IMG/VR virus record: IMGVR_UViG_2917752670_000006
Location: 1,765-65,764 of that record
DNA: 64,000 nucleotides
Origin: a virus
Lineage: Duplodnaviria > Caudoviricetes
Reading direction: 5' to 3' (one strand)
A program made the position numbers and the translations under genes. The notes under the pieces were generated by a model. The model was not told the DNA's origin. It did no database searches and saw nothing but the letters and a program-made list of their open reading frames with translations. Positions 1-10,327 of the stretch are shown one piece after another. Position 1 is the stretch's first letter. Each line of letters starts with the position of its first letter.

Positions 1-48
1 GAGAGATAATCTCTATATGCCGCCCCCGACTGGGCGTTGTATTTAGCA

Positions 49-795
49 TTATCGAGCCGGTAGGTAGCCTGTCAACGCGTTACAGCAGGCTCGGCGCTCT
101 TCTTCGCTTGAGTCTCCAGCGAGTACGAGTAATCCAAACCACCATAGGTCCGTGCCCCAGTTATTCATCTTGTCCCAGATACTCGCAGCTAATGCTTTTT
201 GGGAGGAGTAGTCCAACCCGTCATCCTCGTATGCTGAGTATCGGTTCTGAACGATGATTTTAGCATAGTGTGAGTTTATTGCGTCAGAGAGAGCATGCAG
301 GTCATTGGGTGGGTTATCCCGCAGCATCTTAGTGAGCACGATTGCGTCAGCATCATCAGACATGTCTGTGAAGTTGCATCGCACCTGCAGGTGCTTTGCG
401 TTAACTCCGTGACTCGTAAGGTACTAATCCACAGCATTTGGGTCAGAGCCGATCGGCGCGTTTGCAGCGCGTTGATGTTCGAGACTTGGATGCTGTTTCA
501 GCAAGATATGCAGATCTTCCATCCCGGTAGCGAGGTCACCTCCACAGCAGGTCCAGAAATCTGGAGATATGCTCGGATAGCGATAACACAATAGCGTGTA
601 GGCCATGTAAGCAAGATCGTTCTTTCCTCGTTGGTGAGGATCAGTGAATTTAACGCGTTTAGGGCCGATGTATTTATCAAGATCGGCTTCCAGTGACTTG
701 TGATGTGTTTGGACCAAGGTGGTTACGATGGATACAAAGCCCAAGGTGGGTGCACGGTTGTTGGCGAAAACGACGAAGTCCCAGGTGACAGGCAC
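49..795 (-). pseudogene. Hypothetical protein split by an in-frame TAG (424-426)
   Basis: ORFs 424..795 and 49..384 are in the same frame with one stop between them; GC is lower than the prophage core; family not recognised. Confidence 0.4.
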
Positions 796-818
796 CTGGG
801 GTGAAGGATGAGGCTGGT

Positions 819-2370
819 CTAGAGAGTTGTGCCGTCGTTGAACGTGATGGTGATGGTGTCGTCGGGGCGGATAGTGGCGTGGTCGACGAGTGCTCGCCAG
901 GCTTCGAGCGTGTAGCTGATTGCGGGGTGTTCACTTCGGTACTGGTGGAAAGCCGTGATGGCCACACGCTTGGCCTCGAGTTCTTGTAGCTTGTTTTCGA
1001 TGGTTTCCGCTTCGCTCATACACCGCTGGTAGGCGGCGTCGGGTTTGTTATGATCCCGTTCGAAGGCATCCGGATCGAAACCCGAGTGGGCTGCGGTACG
1101 GATGAGCGTGTTGATCTGGTCTACGAAGCTGTCACGATCCTGAATTGCTCGGGCAAGTTGGTCCCGTAATTTTTGTGGGTTGCCGAGTTGGACGAGGACC
1201 GCATCGAGCACCTCTGGGCTGGGTGGTGGTGCGAGTTAGCTGACTGCGCGCTCGAATGCCGCGATTAATCCTTCCTCGGTCACATGTTTGGTCTGACATG
1301 GTTGGCCGCTGGCCTGGTTGTATTTTTGGTTGTGCCGCCAGATGCGCCGCTCGTACTGGCTGCCAGCATGCCAGGTGTTCGGCCCATGCCATCCCCCACA
1401 GCACCCACACTCAATTTTCGAGGCGAACGGGTGGCTAAAGGAGCGTGACCTGCCAGAGCGCCTGCCCAGCTCGTGCTGGACCTGGTCCCATACGGCCGGC
1501 GCGATGATGACCTCGTGGTTACCGGTCACGTAGTACTGGGGTATCTCTCCTTCGTTGCGTTTGGTGGTTTTTTTCAGGAAGTCCACGGTGAAGGTTTTCT
1601 GCAGCAGAGCGTCGCGCTTGTACTTTTCGTTGCGCAGGATCGAGTTGATGGTGGACACGTTCCAGGTCTTCTTCCCCAAAGGCGTGGGGATGCCATCTTC
1701 GGTCAGGTGTGCGGCGATGGTTTTGGGTGAGTGTCCCACCATGTATTCGCGGTAGATGCGTCGCACGATCCTGGCCTGGTCTTCATCGATCGCCAGGTGT
1801 CCGTCGTCGCCTTTCTTGTAGCCCAGCAGGCAGGCGTAGGGCACCATGACTTTGCCTTCCGCAAAACGCCTGCGGTGTCCCCAGGTGACGTTCTCGGAGA
1901 TGGAGCGGGATTCTTCCTGGGCGAGGCTACTCATGATGGTGATGAGTAGTTCGCCTTTCGAGTCCAGGGTCCAGATGTTTTTTCTCGAAGTAGACCTCCA
2001 CGCCGGCTTCTTTGAGGGCTCGCACGCTGGTGAGCGAATCGACGGTGTTACGGGCAAACCGGGACACGCTCTTGGTCACGATCAGATCGATTTTGCCTGA
2101 TATGGCGTCGGTGATCGTGTTTTGGAAACCCTGCCGGTGCTTCGTTGATGTTCCCGAAATCCCCTCATCGGCATACATACCAACAAACTCCCAATCGGCC
2201 CGGCCTCGGATGTAGTTGGTGTAGTAGTCGATTTGTGCCTGGTAGGAGGATTGTTGTTCTTCCAAGCCCGTGGACACCCGCGCGTAGGCCGCGACCTTAC
2301 GCCGGTGGCGCACCGTCGTAGGAGTGAGCGTCTTGGCGGGCCGCGCCGGGATAGTGGTGACGGTGGCCAT
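819..2370 (-). pseudogene. Large serine recombinase 2; frameshift near 1980 and in-frame TAA at 1236-1238
   Basis: AAYARVST, KSVSRFARN, LAQEESRSISENV and NEKY motifs are spread over ORFs 1927..2370, 1236..2057 and 819..1211. Confidence 0.9.
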
Positions 2371-2374
2371 GGGC

Positions 2375-3613
2375 TTACTCCTTTCCTGCCATCACGGGCT
2401 CGGCAGTGTGTGCGCCTCGTTTCGTCACGGTGACTTTCCCACTGGGGTAGACGGTGACCTGCTCAAGACGGTCAAGGACTTGCTGGTCATCCCACTCACC
2501 TAATCCCAGGTGGGTGGTGATAGCGCTCTTGAGCTGGGCTTCCCTGATCTGGGGTGCCTGGCAGGGGTTGCCTTGCCCCCTCGTGGCGGTTTCGCACCAC
2601 CAGTACTTGTAGGAGACGTGCTTGCGGGTTTTGGTGCGCCGGTGGAAGCACCGCCCACACTGGCTGCACACCACCCGGTGGGTCAGCGCACACGTCCCAC
2701 CACTAGGGGTCAGTGCCCTGCCGCCGGATTGGCGTCTGCGGGCGAGCTCGTCTTGGACCCGCCTCCAGGTGGCCTGGTCGATGATGGGAGGGTTTGCTCC
2801 CTGAACCCAGTACTTGGGGAGTGCCCCGTCGTTGACGACGAGCTTTCCACCAGGACCATCGGTGTAGGTGGCTTGCAGCATTTCGTTGCCCACATAGCGG
2901 GGGTTTTCCAGCCAGGTGCGGATCACGGAGCCGAGGAAGTTTCCTCCTCCTCGTGCGCGCAGCCCCTCAGCGTTAAGGCGGTCAGCAATAGCCTCGGGGC
3001 TCACTCCGGCCAGGTACTCGTCAAACACCCGGCGCACAACCTGGGCCTCATCGTCGTTGATGTGCAGGCTTCCGCCTACCCAGGTGTAGCCGTAGATGCG
3101 GTGGGAGTTGGTAACACCGGCCTTGTACCGGTTTCGGATCGCCCACTTCACGTTCTGTGACAGGGAGCGGGATTCTTCCTGGGCGAAAGAAGCCAGCAGG
3201 GTGAGCATGAGCTCGCCTTCCGCGCTAGAGGTGTCAATGTTTTCTCTCTCGAACCGCACCGCCACCCCGAGGGCGGCTAGCTCGCGTACGCATGAGAGCA
3301 GGTCGACGGTGTTGCGGGCCAGGCGGGAGATGGACTTGACCAGCAGGATCTGGAAGTCGCCGGCTCTGGCGTGGTCCATCATGTCGGCGAACCCGGGCCT
3401 TTTTCTGGTGGTGCCGGAGATGCCTTGGTCGGTGTAGATCCCGGCGAACTGCCAGGCAGGGTTGGAGCAGATGAGCTTGGAGTAGGCAGCGACTTGTGCG
3501 GCGAGGGATCCTGCTTGGGTCTCCGACATGGTCGAGACCCGGCAGTAGGCGGCCACGCGGATGCGGCTGGTGGGTGTGCGTCGTGGTGTGATGGTCTTCA
3601 AGTCTGGGCTCAT
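2375..3613 (-). CDS. Large serine recombinase 1 (resolvase + recombinase + Zn ribbon)
   Basis: AAYCRVST, KSISRLARN, FAQEESRSLS, CSQCG motifs. Confidence 0.93.
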   Translation of the reverse strand: MSPDLKTITPRRTPTSRIRVAAYCRVSTMSETQAGSLAAQVAAYSKLICSNPAWQFAGIYTDQGISGTTRKRPGFADMMDHARAGDFQILLVKSISRLARNTVDLLSCVRELAALGVAVRFERENIDTSSAEGELMLTLLASFAQEESRSLSQNVKWAIRNRYKAGVTNSHRIYGYTWVGGSLHINDDEAQVVRRVFDEYLAGVSPEAIADRLNAEGLRARGGGNFLGSVIRTWLENPRYVGNEMLQATYTDGPGGKLVVNDGALPKYWVQGANPPIIDQATWRRVQDELARRRQSGGRALTPSGGTCALTHRVVCSQCGRCFHRRTKTRKHVSYKYWWCETATRGQGNPCQAPQIREAQLKSAITTHLGLGEWDDQQVLDRLEQVTVYPSGKVTVTKRGAHTAEPVMAGKE

Positions 3614-3692
3614 CTGCTGCTCCTTTCTGCCCGTGCGGGTCTCACCGGTGGTGGTCTGGTGTGTGACATGAACGCTCTACACGCCGGGTTTA

Positions 3693-3875
3693 TCAAGTCC
3701 TGGAGCGGGTAAACCCCACCCTGGTCTCATCCAAGGAGGCGGCGAGCTGACGGTGAATGGCGCGTACCTGACTGGCGGCGAGCAGCCCTCGAGCGGCAAG
3801 GGCATCAAGGAAGTCCAGGTCTGCTGCCGTCTGGGTTTCTGCCCGCCAGCACGCTCCGGTGGGGCTGCTGGTCAT
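3693..3875 (-). CDS. Small SHOCT-like protein upstream of the recombinases
   Basis: 60 aa, coupled to the upstream gene; LAARGLL helix; typical position in this phage type. Confidence 0.5.
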   Translation of the reverse strand: MTSSPTGACWRAETQTAADLDFLDALAARGLLAASQVRAIHRQLAASLDETRVGFTRSRT

Positions 3876-4273
3876 GGGCGTCCGCCCCGGGTTCCGAAAC
3901 GGGTGCGGATGTAGCAGGCGTGCGTGCAGTACTTGCGGTGCCTGTTGCCATACGCCTCAAAGGTCGCCCCGCAGCCGGCGCAGGTGTGGGTGGTGATGGC
4001 GCGCCGCTCAAGCATCATCGGGTGGTCGTGCCACCAGGACATGCGGCAGGCCCGGCTACAAAACCTCTGCCCACGCCGGGGCTGGTCGATGGCTTTCCCG
4101 CAGTGCTCGCACGCCCCACTGGTGGGTGTGCGTCTGGGGTGTGGGGTGATGTTGTTGCGCCGGCACCACGACTTGATCGTCTCGCGCCCCACTCCGGTTT
4201 CTCGTGCGATCTGCCCGAAGCTGGCTCCACCTTCCCTCAGTGTGATGATCTTTCGCTTCACGTGTGACTCCAT
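3872..4273 (-). CDS. HTH + Zn-ribbon regulator (sigma region-4-like HTH)
   Basis: GASFGQIARETGVGRETIKSWCRR HTH; several CxxC motifs; AAGGA RBS. Confidence 0.75.
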   Translation of the reverse strand: MESHVKRKIITLREGGASFGQIARETGVGRETIKSWCRRNNITPHPRRTPTSGACEHCGKAIDQPRRGQRFCSRACRMSWWHDHPMMLERRAITTHTCAGCGATFEAYGNRHRKYCTHACYIRTRFGTRGGRP

Positions 4274-4291
4274 GGTCTTGTCACCGTCCTT

Positions 4292-4325
4292 TCACCCATG
4301 CGTCCTTGGCCGGTGCGTAAACCGG
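4292..4325 (-). promoter_or_regulatory. Motif CCGGTT-N10-CCAAGGACGCATGGGTGA, copy 1
   Basis: Same motif and spacing at 39617-39650. Confidence 0.6.
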
Positions 4326-4367
4326 ACACGACGCGTTGCCTTCACGGGCAGCGGGTGCTGCCACGCT

Positions 4368-4399
4368 CTAGGCGGCGGCAGGTTGGTGGTGATAACCCC
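4368..4399 (-). promoter_or_regulatory. Motif GGGGTTATCA-N13-GCCGCCT, copy 1 (putative phage-sigma promoter)
   Basis: Same motif and 13-nt spacer at 39445-39476 and 45108-45139. Confidence 0.65.
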
Positions 4400-4409
4400 C
4401 GGAAACGAC

Positions 4410-4449
4410 AAAAGCGCCCCCACCCACCGGTGTTGGTGGGCAGGGGCGC
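4410..4449 (-). terminator. Intrinsic terminator after the endolysin
   Basis: GCGCCCC..CCCACC / GGTGGG..GGGGCGC stem followed by TTTT on the minus strand. Confidence 0.7.
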
Positions 4450-4471
4450 AATGCCACAAATGGCTGGGCGG

Positions 4472-5404
4472 TCAAGACAGCTTGCGGTTGACGATCGCCT
4501 GCACAGCGTCGTAGAGGTGGCCAAGCCGGTTACGCCGCTCAGCACCGTTGCCGTACTCGCCACGAATCACCACGTCAGCCAGGGACTCCAAGTTCGGGCC
4601 CGGCGCAGGAGCAGGGGCGCTGCCAGAGAGCTTGGCGTTGACCCGGGCCTGGACCGCGTCATACAGGTGACCCAGGCGGGCCTTACGATCCGCGCCGTTT
4701 CCGTAGTCTCCACGGATCACCGCATCCGCCAAGGCCTCAATGTCAGGTGCCGGTGCCGGGCTGGCGGGCGCAGAAGGTGCGGGCTGGGATGCGCGGCCGG
4801 CAAGGATCTCGTTGACCCTGGCCTGCACCGCCGAATACTGGCTACCCAGGCGGGCCTTGCGGTCCTCACCGTTTCCGTACTCTCCGCGGATCACCGCCTG
4901 AGCCAAGGCCTCAATGTCTCCGCCGACGCTGGGTGCGGGAGCAGCCGGGCTACCACCACCGGTGATATACGGTGCGAGGACTTGAGCGGGTGGGTAGTAG
5001 CGTCCCGGGCAGGCAGTGGAGGATGCGTCTTTGTGGCCGATGATCTTGAGTGGCCCGTAGGTGGCCTGCAGGTTTCGGATCAGCTCACCAATGGTCGCCT
5101 TATCAGCATCCGAGCAGCGTGGGTTGCACTCGATACCGATCGAGCACTGGTTGATCGGCCAGTTGCCGGCATGCCAAGCGGTGTTAGCCAGGTCCACCAT
5201 CTGCACCACGCGGCCTGCTTCGACGACGAAGTGAGCGGACGCGCCACGGCCGGGGTTTTGGAAGGTGGTGATCACGCCGGACAGTTGCGGGTTCTTCGCC
5301 GGGTCGTCCCAGTGGTGGATCACGATGGTGGTGATGCGCTTACCGCCACGACCCTTGGTGTAGTTCGACGGGTGTGCTGGGGTGAAGGACTGCTGGTAGC
5401 TCAT
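4472..5404 (-). CDS. Endolysin: Amidase_2 domain + three CW_7 (Cpl-7-type) cell-wall-binding repeats
   Basis: IVIHHW, SAHF, AWHAG, GIE, GHKD..TACPG; 3x (D/N)xExLAxxVIRGxYGNG. Confidence 0.92.
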   Translation of the reverse strand: MSYQQSFTPAHPSNYTKGRGGKRITTIVIHHWDDPAKNPQLSGVITTFQNPGRGASAHFVVEAGRVVQMVDLANTAWHAGNWPINQCSIGIECNPRCSDADKATIGELIRNLQATYGPLKIIGHKDASSTACPGRYYPPAQVLAPYITGGGSPAAPAPSVGGDIEALAQAVIRGEYGNGEDRKARLGSQYSAVQARVNEILAGRASQPAPSAPASPAPAPDIEALADAVIRGDYGNGADRKARLGHLYDAVQARVNAKLSGSAPAPAPGPNLESLADVVIRGEYGNGAERRNRLGHLYDAVQAIVNRKLS

Positions 5405-5961
5405 GGTGTCTCCTTGGGGTTGTTGTCGGGTACAAGAAAGCCGCCGGCAGAACTGCGCGGTGGCTGGATGGACTCAGGGGTGTCACTGTCCCCGGGTGGG
5501 ATCGGCGGCGGATCACCAACATGGTCCGTCGCTAGTGGCCCGTCGTAGGCGTGCCTGCCTCGAGAGGGGTGCTGGGTGATGGTGGCAAGCGCGTCGCGGA
5601 GCTTGTCTGGGACGGGAAGCCCGATGCGGGCAGCGTTTTCCACGATCGACAGGCCCTCATTGGCCAGATAGAAGAAGATCGTGGCTGTCCTGAGTACTCC
5701 TCCTTCACCCAGGACGTGAACGTCGAGGATGTTGGCCAGGCCCACCAGGGCGAAGATCATGACCTTGCGGGCGATCCCCTTAAACCCCACCGAACTGGAC
5801 AACTCCCCAGTGGCGAAGGCGGCGATCACGCCGGTTGCGTAGTCGATGGCCACCAGGGTGACCAGGGCAAGCAGGAAGCCGTCAGCGCCTCCCAGAAACC
5901 AGCCCACAATGCCTCCAATCGTGGTGAAAAGTGTGTGTGAAACAGTCCAGGCAGTGCGCAT
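5401..5961 (-). CDS. Holin (toxin secretion/phage lysis family)
   Basis: DYATG..LSSSVGFKGIARK..FFYLANEGLSIVEN..GLPVP; adjacent to the endolysin. Confidence 0.9.
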   Translation of the reverse strand: MRTAWTVSHTLFTTIGGIVGWFLGGADGFLLALVTLVAIDYATGVIAAFATGELSSSVGFKGIARKVMIFALVGLANILDVHVLGEGGVLRTATIFFYLANEGLSIVENAARIGLPVPDKLRDALATITQHPSRGRHAYDGPLATDHVGDPPPIPPGDSDTPESIQPPRSSAGGFLVPDNNPKETP

Positions 5962-5984
5962 GGGCCTCTCCTTTCTGGGTGGTG

Positions 5985-6230
5985 TTAGAGCAGGCCGTCT
6001 GGGCCGGTGAGGACATCGAGGACTTCCCAGGCCACATCCACCGAGCCTGTGCTGGCCTGCGGCAACGGCAGGTTCACCGGTGTCGGGTCTGCCGGTGGTA
6101 TGGGTGTGGTGTCGTGGTCGGGTTCGAGTAGCACCGAATGCCCCTCACCGACAAGCACACCCGAGCTCACATCGGCAGACACAGTGCCTTCTTCAACCGC
6201 TGAGGCCTCAGTGATGGGTTCACTCATCAC
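5985..6230 (-). CDS. Small acidic phage protein
   Basis: Overlaps the upstream stop; GGAGG RBS. Confidence 0.55.
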   Translation of the reverse strand: MMSEPITEASAVEEGTVSADVSSGVLVGEGHSVLLEPDHDTTPIPPADPTPVNLPLPQASTGSVDVAWEVLDVLTGPDGLL

Positions 6231-6675
6231 CGCTCACCTCCTGCTCGGTGGTGGTGGCTAGGTGTGCTTCCAGGGCGTCACACAGGTGGTCATAGGCAGC
6301 AGCCTCATCACCAGCAAACGGCTGAGTGAGCGCGGTCAGTGCTTCGTAGAGGGTGGGTGCCATGGTGGTATAGGACGGGCCGGAAAGCTCCGCCCGCTCC
6401 GAGAGCAGCACGCCGCGTGCCTGGATGAAGGCGGCCGCCTGCTCGGGGGTGGTGAAGCGAATATGGCCGTCGCCGTCGACCTGCGGTGCACCGGTCGTAT
6501 CGCACAGGGCGTGCTCGCGGGCGAGCTCCAACTCGCTCTCGGCCAGGGACTGGGTGGCCTGGGTGGCCATGGCCAGGACCTTGGAGCGGGCCCTGGATGC
6601 GGCACCGGCAAGCGGCAGCGACGCGAGTAGTTCGCAGATGGCGGGCAGGTACTGGTTAGTAATGATGATCGACAT
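6220..6675 (-). CDS. Phage protein (DUF1617-like, tail-associated)
   Basis: ASRARSK..E.ELAREHA..AAAYDHLCDALE; GGAGG RBS; follows the tail gene. Confidence 0.6.
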   Translation of the reverse strand: MSIIITNQYLPAICELLASLPLAGAASRARSKVLAMATQATQSLAESELELAREHALCDTTGAPQVDGDGHIRFTTPEQAAAFIQARGVLLSERAELSGPSYTTMAPTLYEALTALTQPFAGDEAAAYDHLCDALEAHLATTTEQEVSGDE

Positions 6676-6708
6676 ACGAGTGCCTCCAAATCTTCCAGGG
6701 TGGGGTGG

Positions 6709-9629
6709 TTAGGTGAGGGACGTGGACATGGTTTGCCAGCCGGTGTTCGAGTAGTACTCCCAGGTCACCCGCCCGCCACCGGCGTCGCGGATGGTTTTGA
6801 TCCAGCCCTGGTTGAGCAGGCTGATCAGGGCGTTGACCCTGCCCATGAGGTCTTTGACCCGGTCGAATAGGCGGGTCATGTTGTAGTAGGACCCGTTGGT
6901 GACCACCATGACGTCGTAGGTGTGGAAGACGATCTTGGCCAGGTTGTTGGAGCTCGCCCACCCCGGGAAGGTGCCCACCCCGTTGAGCGTGACGTCTTGG
7001 AGGGTGATGGAGCGGTTGCCGGCGGTGTAGAACGCCCACCCGTGTGTGCGCAGGGCGGTTCCCAGGTGGATGCCGGACTGGCCCCAGAACTTCCCTTTGG
7101 GGTCCAAGGTGAGCATCGTGGTGAAGGTCGACGCTGTCGAGGACTGCTTGTATGCCCAGTCCACGAAGTCACCCTGCCAGTCCAGTGCGTTGGTGATCCC
7201 GCGGATGTCTGGGTGGTCCTTCTTGTACTGCTCGCCGATCCAGCCGATCTTGCGGGTGCCGTACCAAAACGCCATGCCCTGGCTGGTGATCTGGCCCTCC
7301 AGCGTGGATCCGTCGTACCAGGAGATCGTGTACGGGGTGATCCGGATTGTGTTGTTCCAGCCTGCCAGGCCCACTTGGATCGCGTTGGAGGCGAGCTTGT
7401 CCGAGGTGATCGACCCTGCCCCGATACGTGCAGCAGCAAGGGTGCCGGTGGTGATCTTCCCGGCATCCAAAGAGACCACCTTCGCGCTCGTGATCGCCGC
7501 GTCCTTGATCATGGCGGTGGTGATGAAGCCGGCCGCAATACTGAGCTTGTCACTCGTAATGGAGGAGGCAGCGATACGCGCGGCACTGATGTATCCGCTG
7601 GTGATCTTGGCAGCATCCACCGACTCGATTTTCGCGTTCGTGATCGCGGCATCGGCGATCATCGCGGTCGTGATGAACCCGGCCGCGATCACGAGCTTGT
7701 CGGAGCCGATGGAGGCGGCCTTGATACGGGCTGCATCCAGGTAGCCGGTGGTGATCTTGGCGGCGTCCACCGCGCCGATCTTGGCGTTGGTGATGGCGGC
7801 GTCAGCGATCATGGATGTCTTGATCATGGCCGTGTCGATGAGTGCTTGCCCGGTGATGCGCAGGCGCTTGCCTGCGATCAGCTCGACTTCCGGGGAGGCG
7901 TTGATCGCGGCAATCACCCCACCGGCACCAACCTTGCCGTCCACCTCTCCTTCGAGGGCCTGGTAGGCGACATCGAAGTCAGTGTCCATCTGGTTGATGC
8001 GATTGGCGAGCTCCTTGTCCTTGTCACCGAAGTCAGCCCTGGCCTTGGCGATAGCGTCGTCAACCCGGGCCGACAAGTCGTGGACAGCCTGCCCGTTTGC
8101 TGCGTCCCCGGCCTGAAAGTCAGCACGCACCTGGCTGATCGCAGAGTTAATGTCCTCTTCCAAGGCCTGGGCTTGCTGTACTGCCTGGTCGAAACCTGCC
8201 TGCATGTCGGTGCGCACCGACGCCACCTCGGCGTCGAACTCACTGTTCATCTGGGTGATGCGCCCGCCCAGGTCGGTGCTGATTTGGCTGATCTCGGCGC
8301 GGGTTTTCTCCAGTTCTGCGTTGATCGCTGCGGCGGTGATATCGCCTGCGACCTGCACCCACCCCGGTGTGCCCTGGCTGGTGGTTTGGTACACCCAAAT
8401 CGCCACCGCCCCATCCCCGGCATCTTGGAACCAGGTATCCCCCCAGGCGGGCACCAACTGGCTCGTCTGCCTGGTAGTAGACAGTGTTGGACCCGTTGGC
8501 CGAGATCAGGGCGATGGCGGTGTCCTCTGCCCGGGCGGTGGCCCGTGCGGTGAGTGCCTTGATCTGGCCGGTCAGCGACCGGGCTGCCACCACACTGGGG
8601 TTGGTGGCCAGGGTGAGGGACTCATACACCCCGGCAAGTGGGTTGAAGGTGTAGCCGGTGATACGGGCACTGGCCTGCAGCTGGTAGGAGTCGGCATGCA
8701 CCGTCACCCGGTCCCCAATCACTGCTCCAAGCCCACCTGGTCGGGAGCCATCTCAGCCTCAATGACGAGGGCTGGCTGGTCGACATGCTCGACGCTAAAC
8801 AGTGCACCGGCTGCGTCACGTAGCGCGGCGAGTGCCTCATCCATGGGGAGCTCACCCTCGCCGGGCTTGGCCGGATCCTTGGCGGCCTTACCTGGTCGAA
8901 GGACACCACACGGATATACGGGTGCGTGTAGTCGCCCAGGCGGGGTGAGTCGATGAAGACTTCCGGCAGGGTTAGTCCGTCAAAGCCGACCGGCAGGATG
9001 CGGGTGGCAAGGCTGGTGGTGTCGATCGTGACGGTCAGGCCTGTGAGGTTTTTGCCTTCCCACACGCTCGCCCCGCGGTCCCTCCCGCGCGCGCTCACCC
9101 AGGTGATGCGGGTGTTGTCGCGGATGATTTCCCCACCCCACCGTGAGAGCAGTCCGACCTCGTCATCGACGAGGGCTTCCAGACCGGTTTTACGCACCCA
9201 CCTGGCCGTGGTGCGATACCCGATACTCGTGGTGGGACCGGCGGTAAATGGGTGCGGGGCTGACAGGGAGGCCAGCAGGTAGGCCAGGGCCTCAGTCGCG
9301 GTGCGGTTGACGGCCGCCTTGTCCACGATCACGTTTGTGGACAGGTCGCCTGTGATGTGGGTGCAGGTGGCGGTCATCAGCTGATCACTGGTGGCTTCTA
9401 AGGTGGTGATACGGAACCCCTGACGGGCCATGCCAGGAACCGGGGCGGCCACAATGTCACCCTCGGCCACCATGCCCAGCTCTCCCAGCGGCCACGACAA
9501 GGACAGCGTGAAAGCCCCGTTGATCTCTTCGCTCACCTTCGCGCTGGCCAAGTGCGGGTCGAGCACCATGCGGCTGCTCGTGGTGAAGGTGTCGCCCTGC
9601 TGCAGGCTGGGGTCGTGCAGGGTGATCAT
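6709..9629 (-). pseudogene. Tail spike/Tal with host-recognition region; frameshifts near 8890, 8720 and 8450
   Basis: EEINGAFTL, RWGGEIIRDN and GKNLTG motifs continue through 8240..8722 (SANGSNTVYY) into 6709..8457. Confidence 0.8.
7390..7830 (-). repeat. Three 150-bp (50-aa) tandem repeats in the tail protein
   Basis: GAGCTTGTC at 7393, 7543 and 7693; unit ITTAMIxDAAITxAKI...SDKL. Confidence 0.85.
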
Positions 9630-10319
9630 GGGTGCCTCTAACGAGGTAGGAGCCGGCCAGACACACCAGCAGGGACACTGACGGTCGTAGTGCCAGCAGG
9701 AAGGACAGGGAAATCAGTGGCGCTCAGCGCGTCGAGGGCGATCTGCCCGGAGACGGTGCAGGTGCGCGCCACGCAATCGATCACCAGCTCACCTGAGCCC
9801 GGCAACCGCACGGTGTATGGCACCCCACCGATGTGCAGGGTTGCTTGCCCAGAACCCGTAAGAGTGATGGTGGGTCTGGCTGGGATGAGGCTCGGGTTGC
9901 TCACTTGCACGCTGCCGCCGGCTGGCAGGCTGATGGGGACCAGTCCGGACTCCAGGTAGGTGAAGGGCCGGCACGCAACCTCGAGGGTGGCCTGAAAGCG
10001 GGTGCCAAACCTGGTCACTTCGCCAATCGCGCTGGTGGCGGTGAGGAAGAAGCGGCCAGGCAGGTGACTGAGCCGCAGCTCTAACCCAGGGGTGGCACAC
10101 ACCCCGGCCAGGCGGTCGATCACCTCGAGTGTGGGGGCAAGCAGGCCGATCGTGAGGGTGCGAAGCTGCCAGCCACGCGGGCGCATCAGCCGACCCTCCC
10201 CGCCAATGATCTCCACCTCATCGACCACCCTGGCCGTTGGGGTGAGCACGGGTGGGTTGGTGGATACGGCACCCGGTGGCCAGTGAGTTGAAGGTGCCGA
10301 GAGTAAACGAACGCACCAT
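9626..10319 (-). pseudogene. Distal tail protein (Dit); frameshift near 10255 and probable TGG>TAG near the C-terminus
   Basis: Lies between TMP and Tal; CRPFTY, FPVLPAG; ends PR*RHP* where PRWR would be expected. Confidence 0.7.
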
Positions 10320-10327
10320 GTCCTCCT

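Noticed and set aside
3701-3710. TGGAGCGGGT match to the tRNA-Gly 3' end as a second att core
   Set aside because: Only 10 bp, inside the recombinase operon; likely chance
6709-7400. Diversity-generating retroelement target in the tail gene
   Set aside because: No reverse transcriptase and no TR/VR pair seen
6922-8553. Long + strand ORFs opposite phage genes (also 4298..5548, 21029..22081, 25443..26417, 34621..35577)
   Set aside because: Antisense shadows of high-GC coding sequence with no motifs
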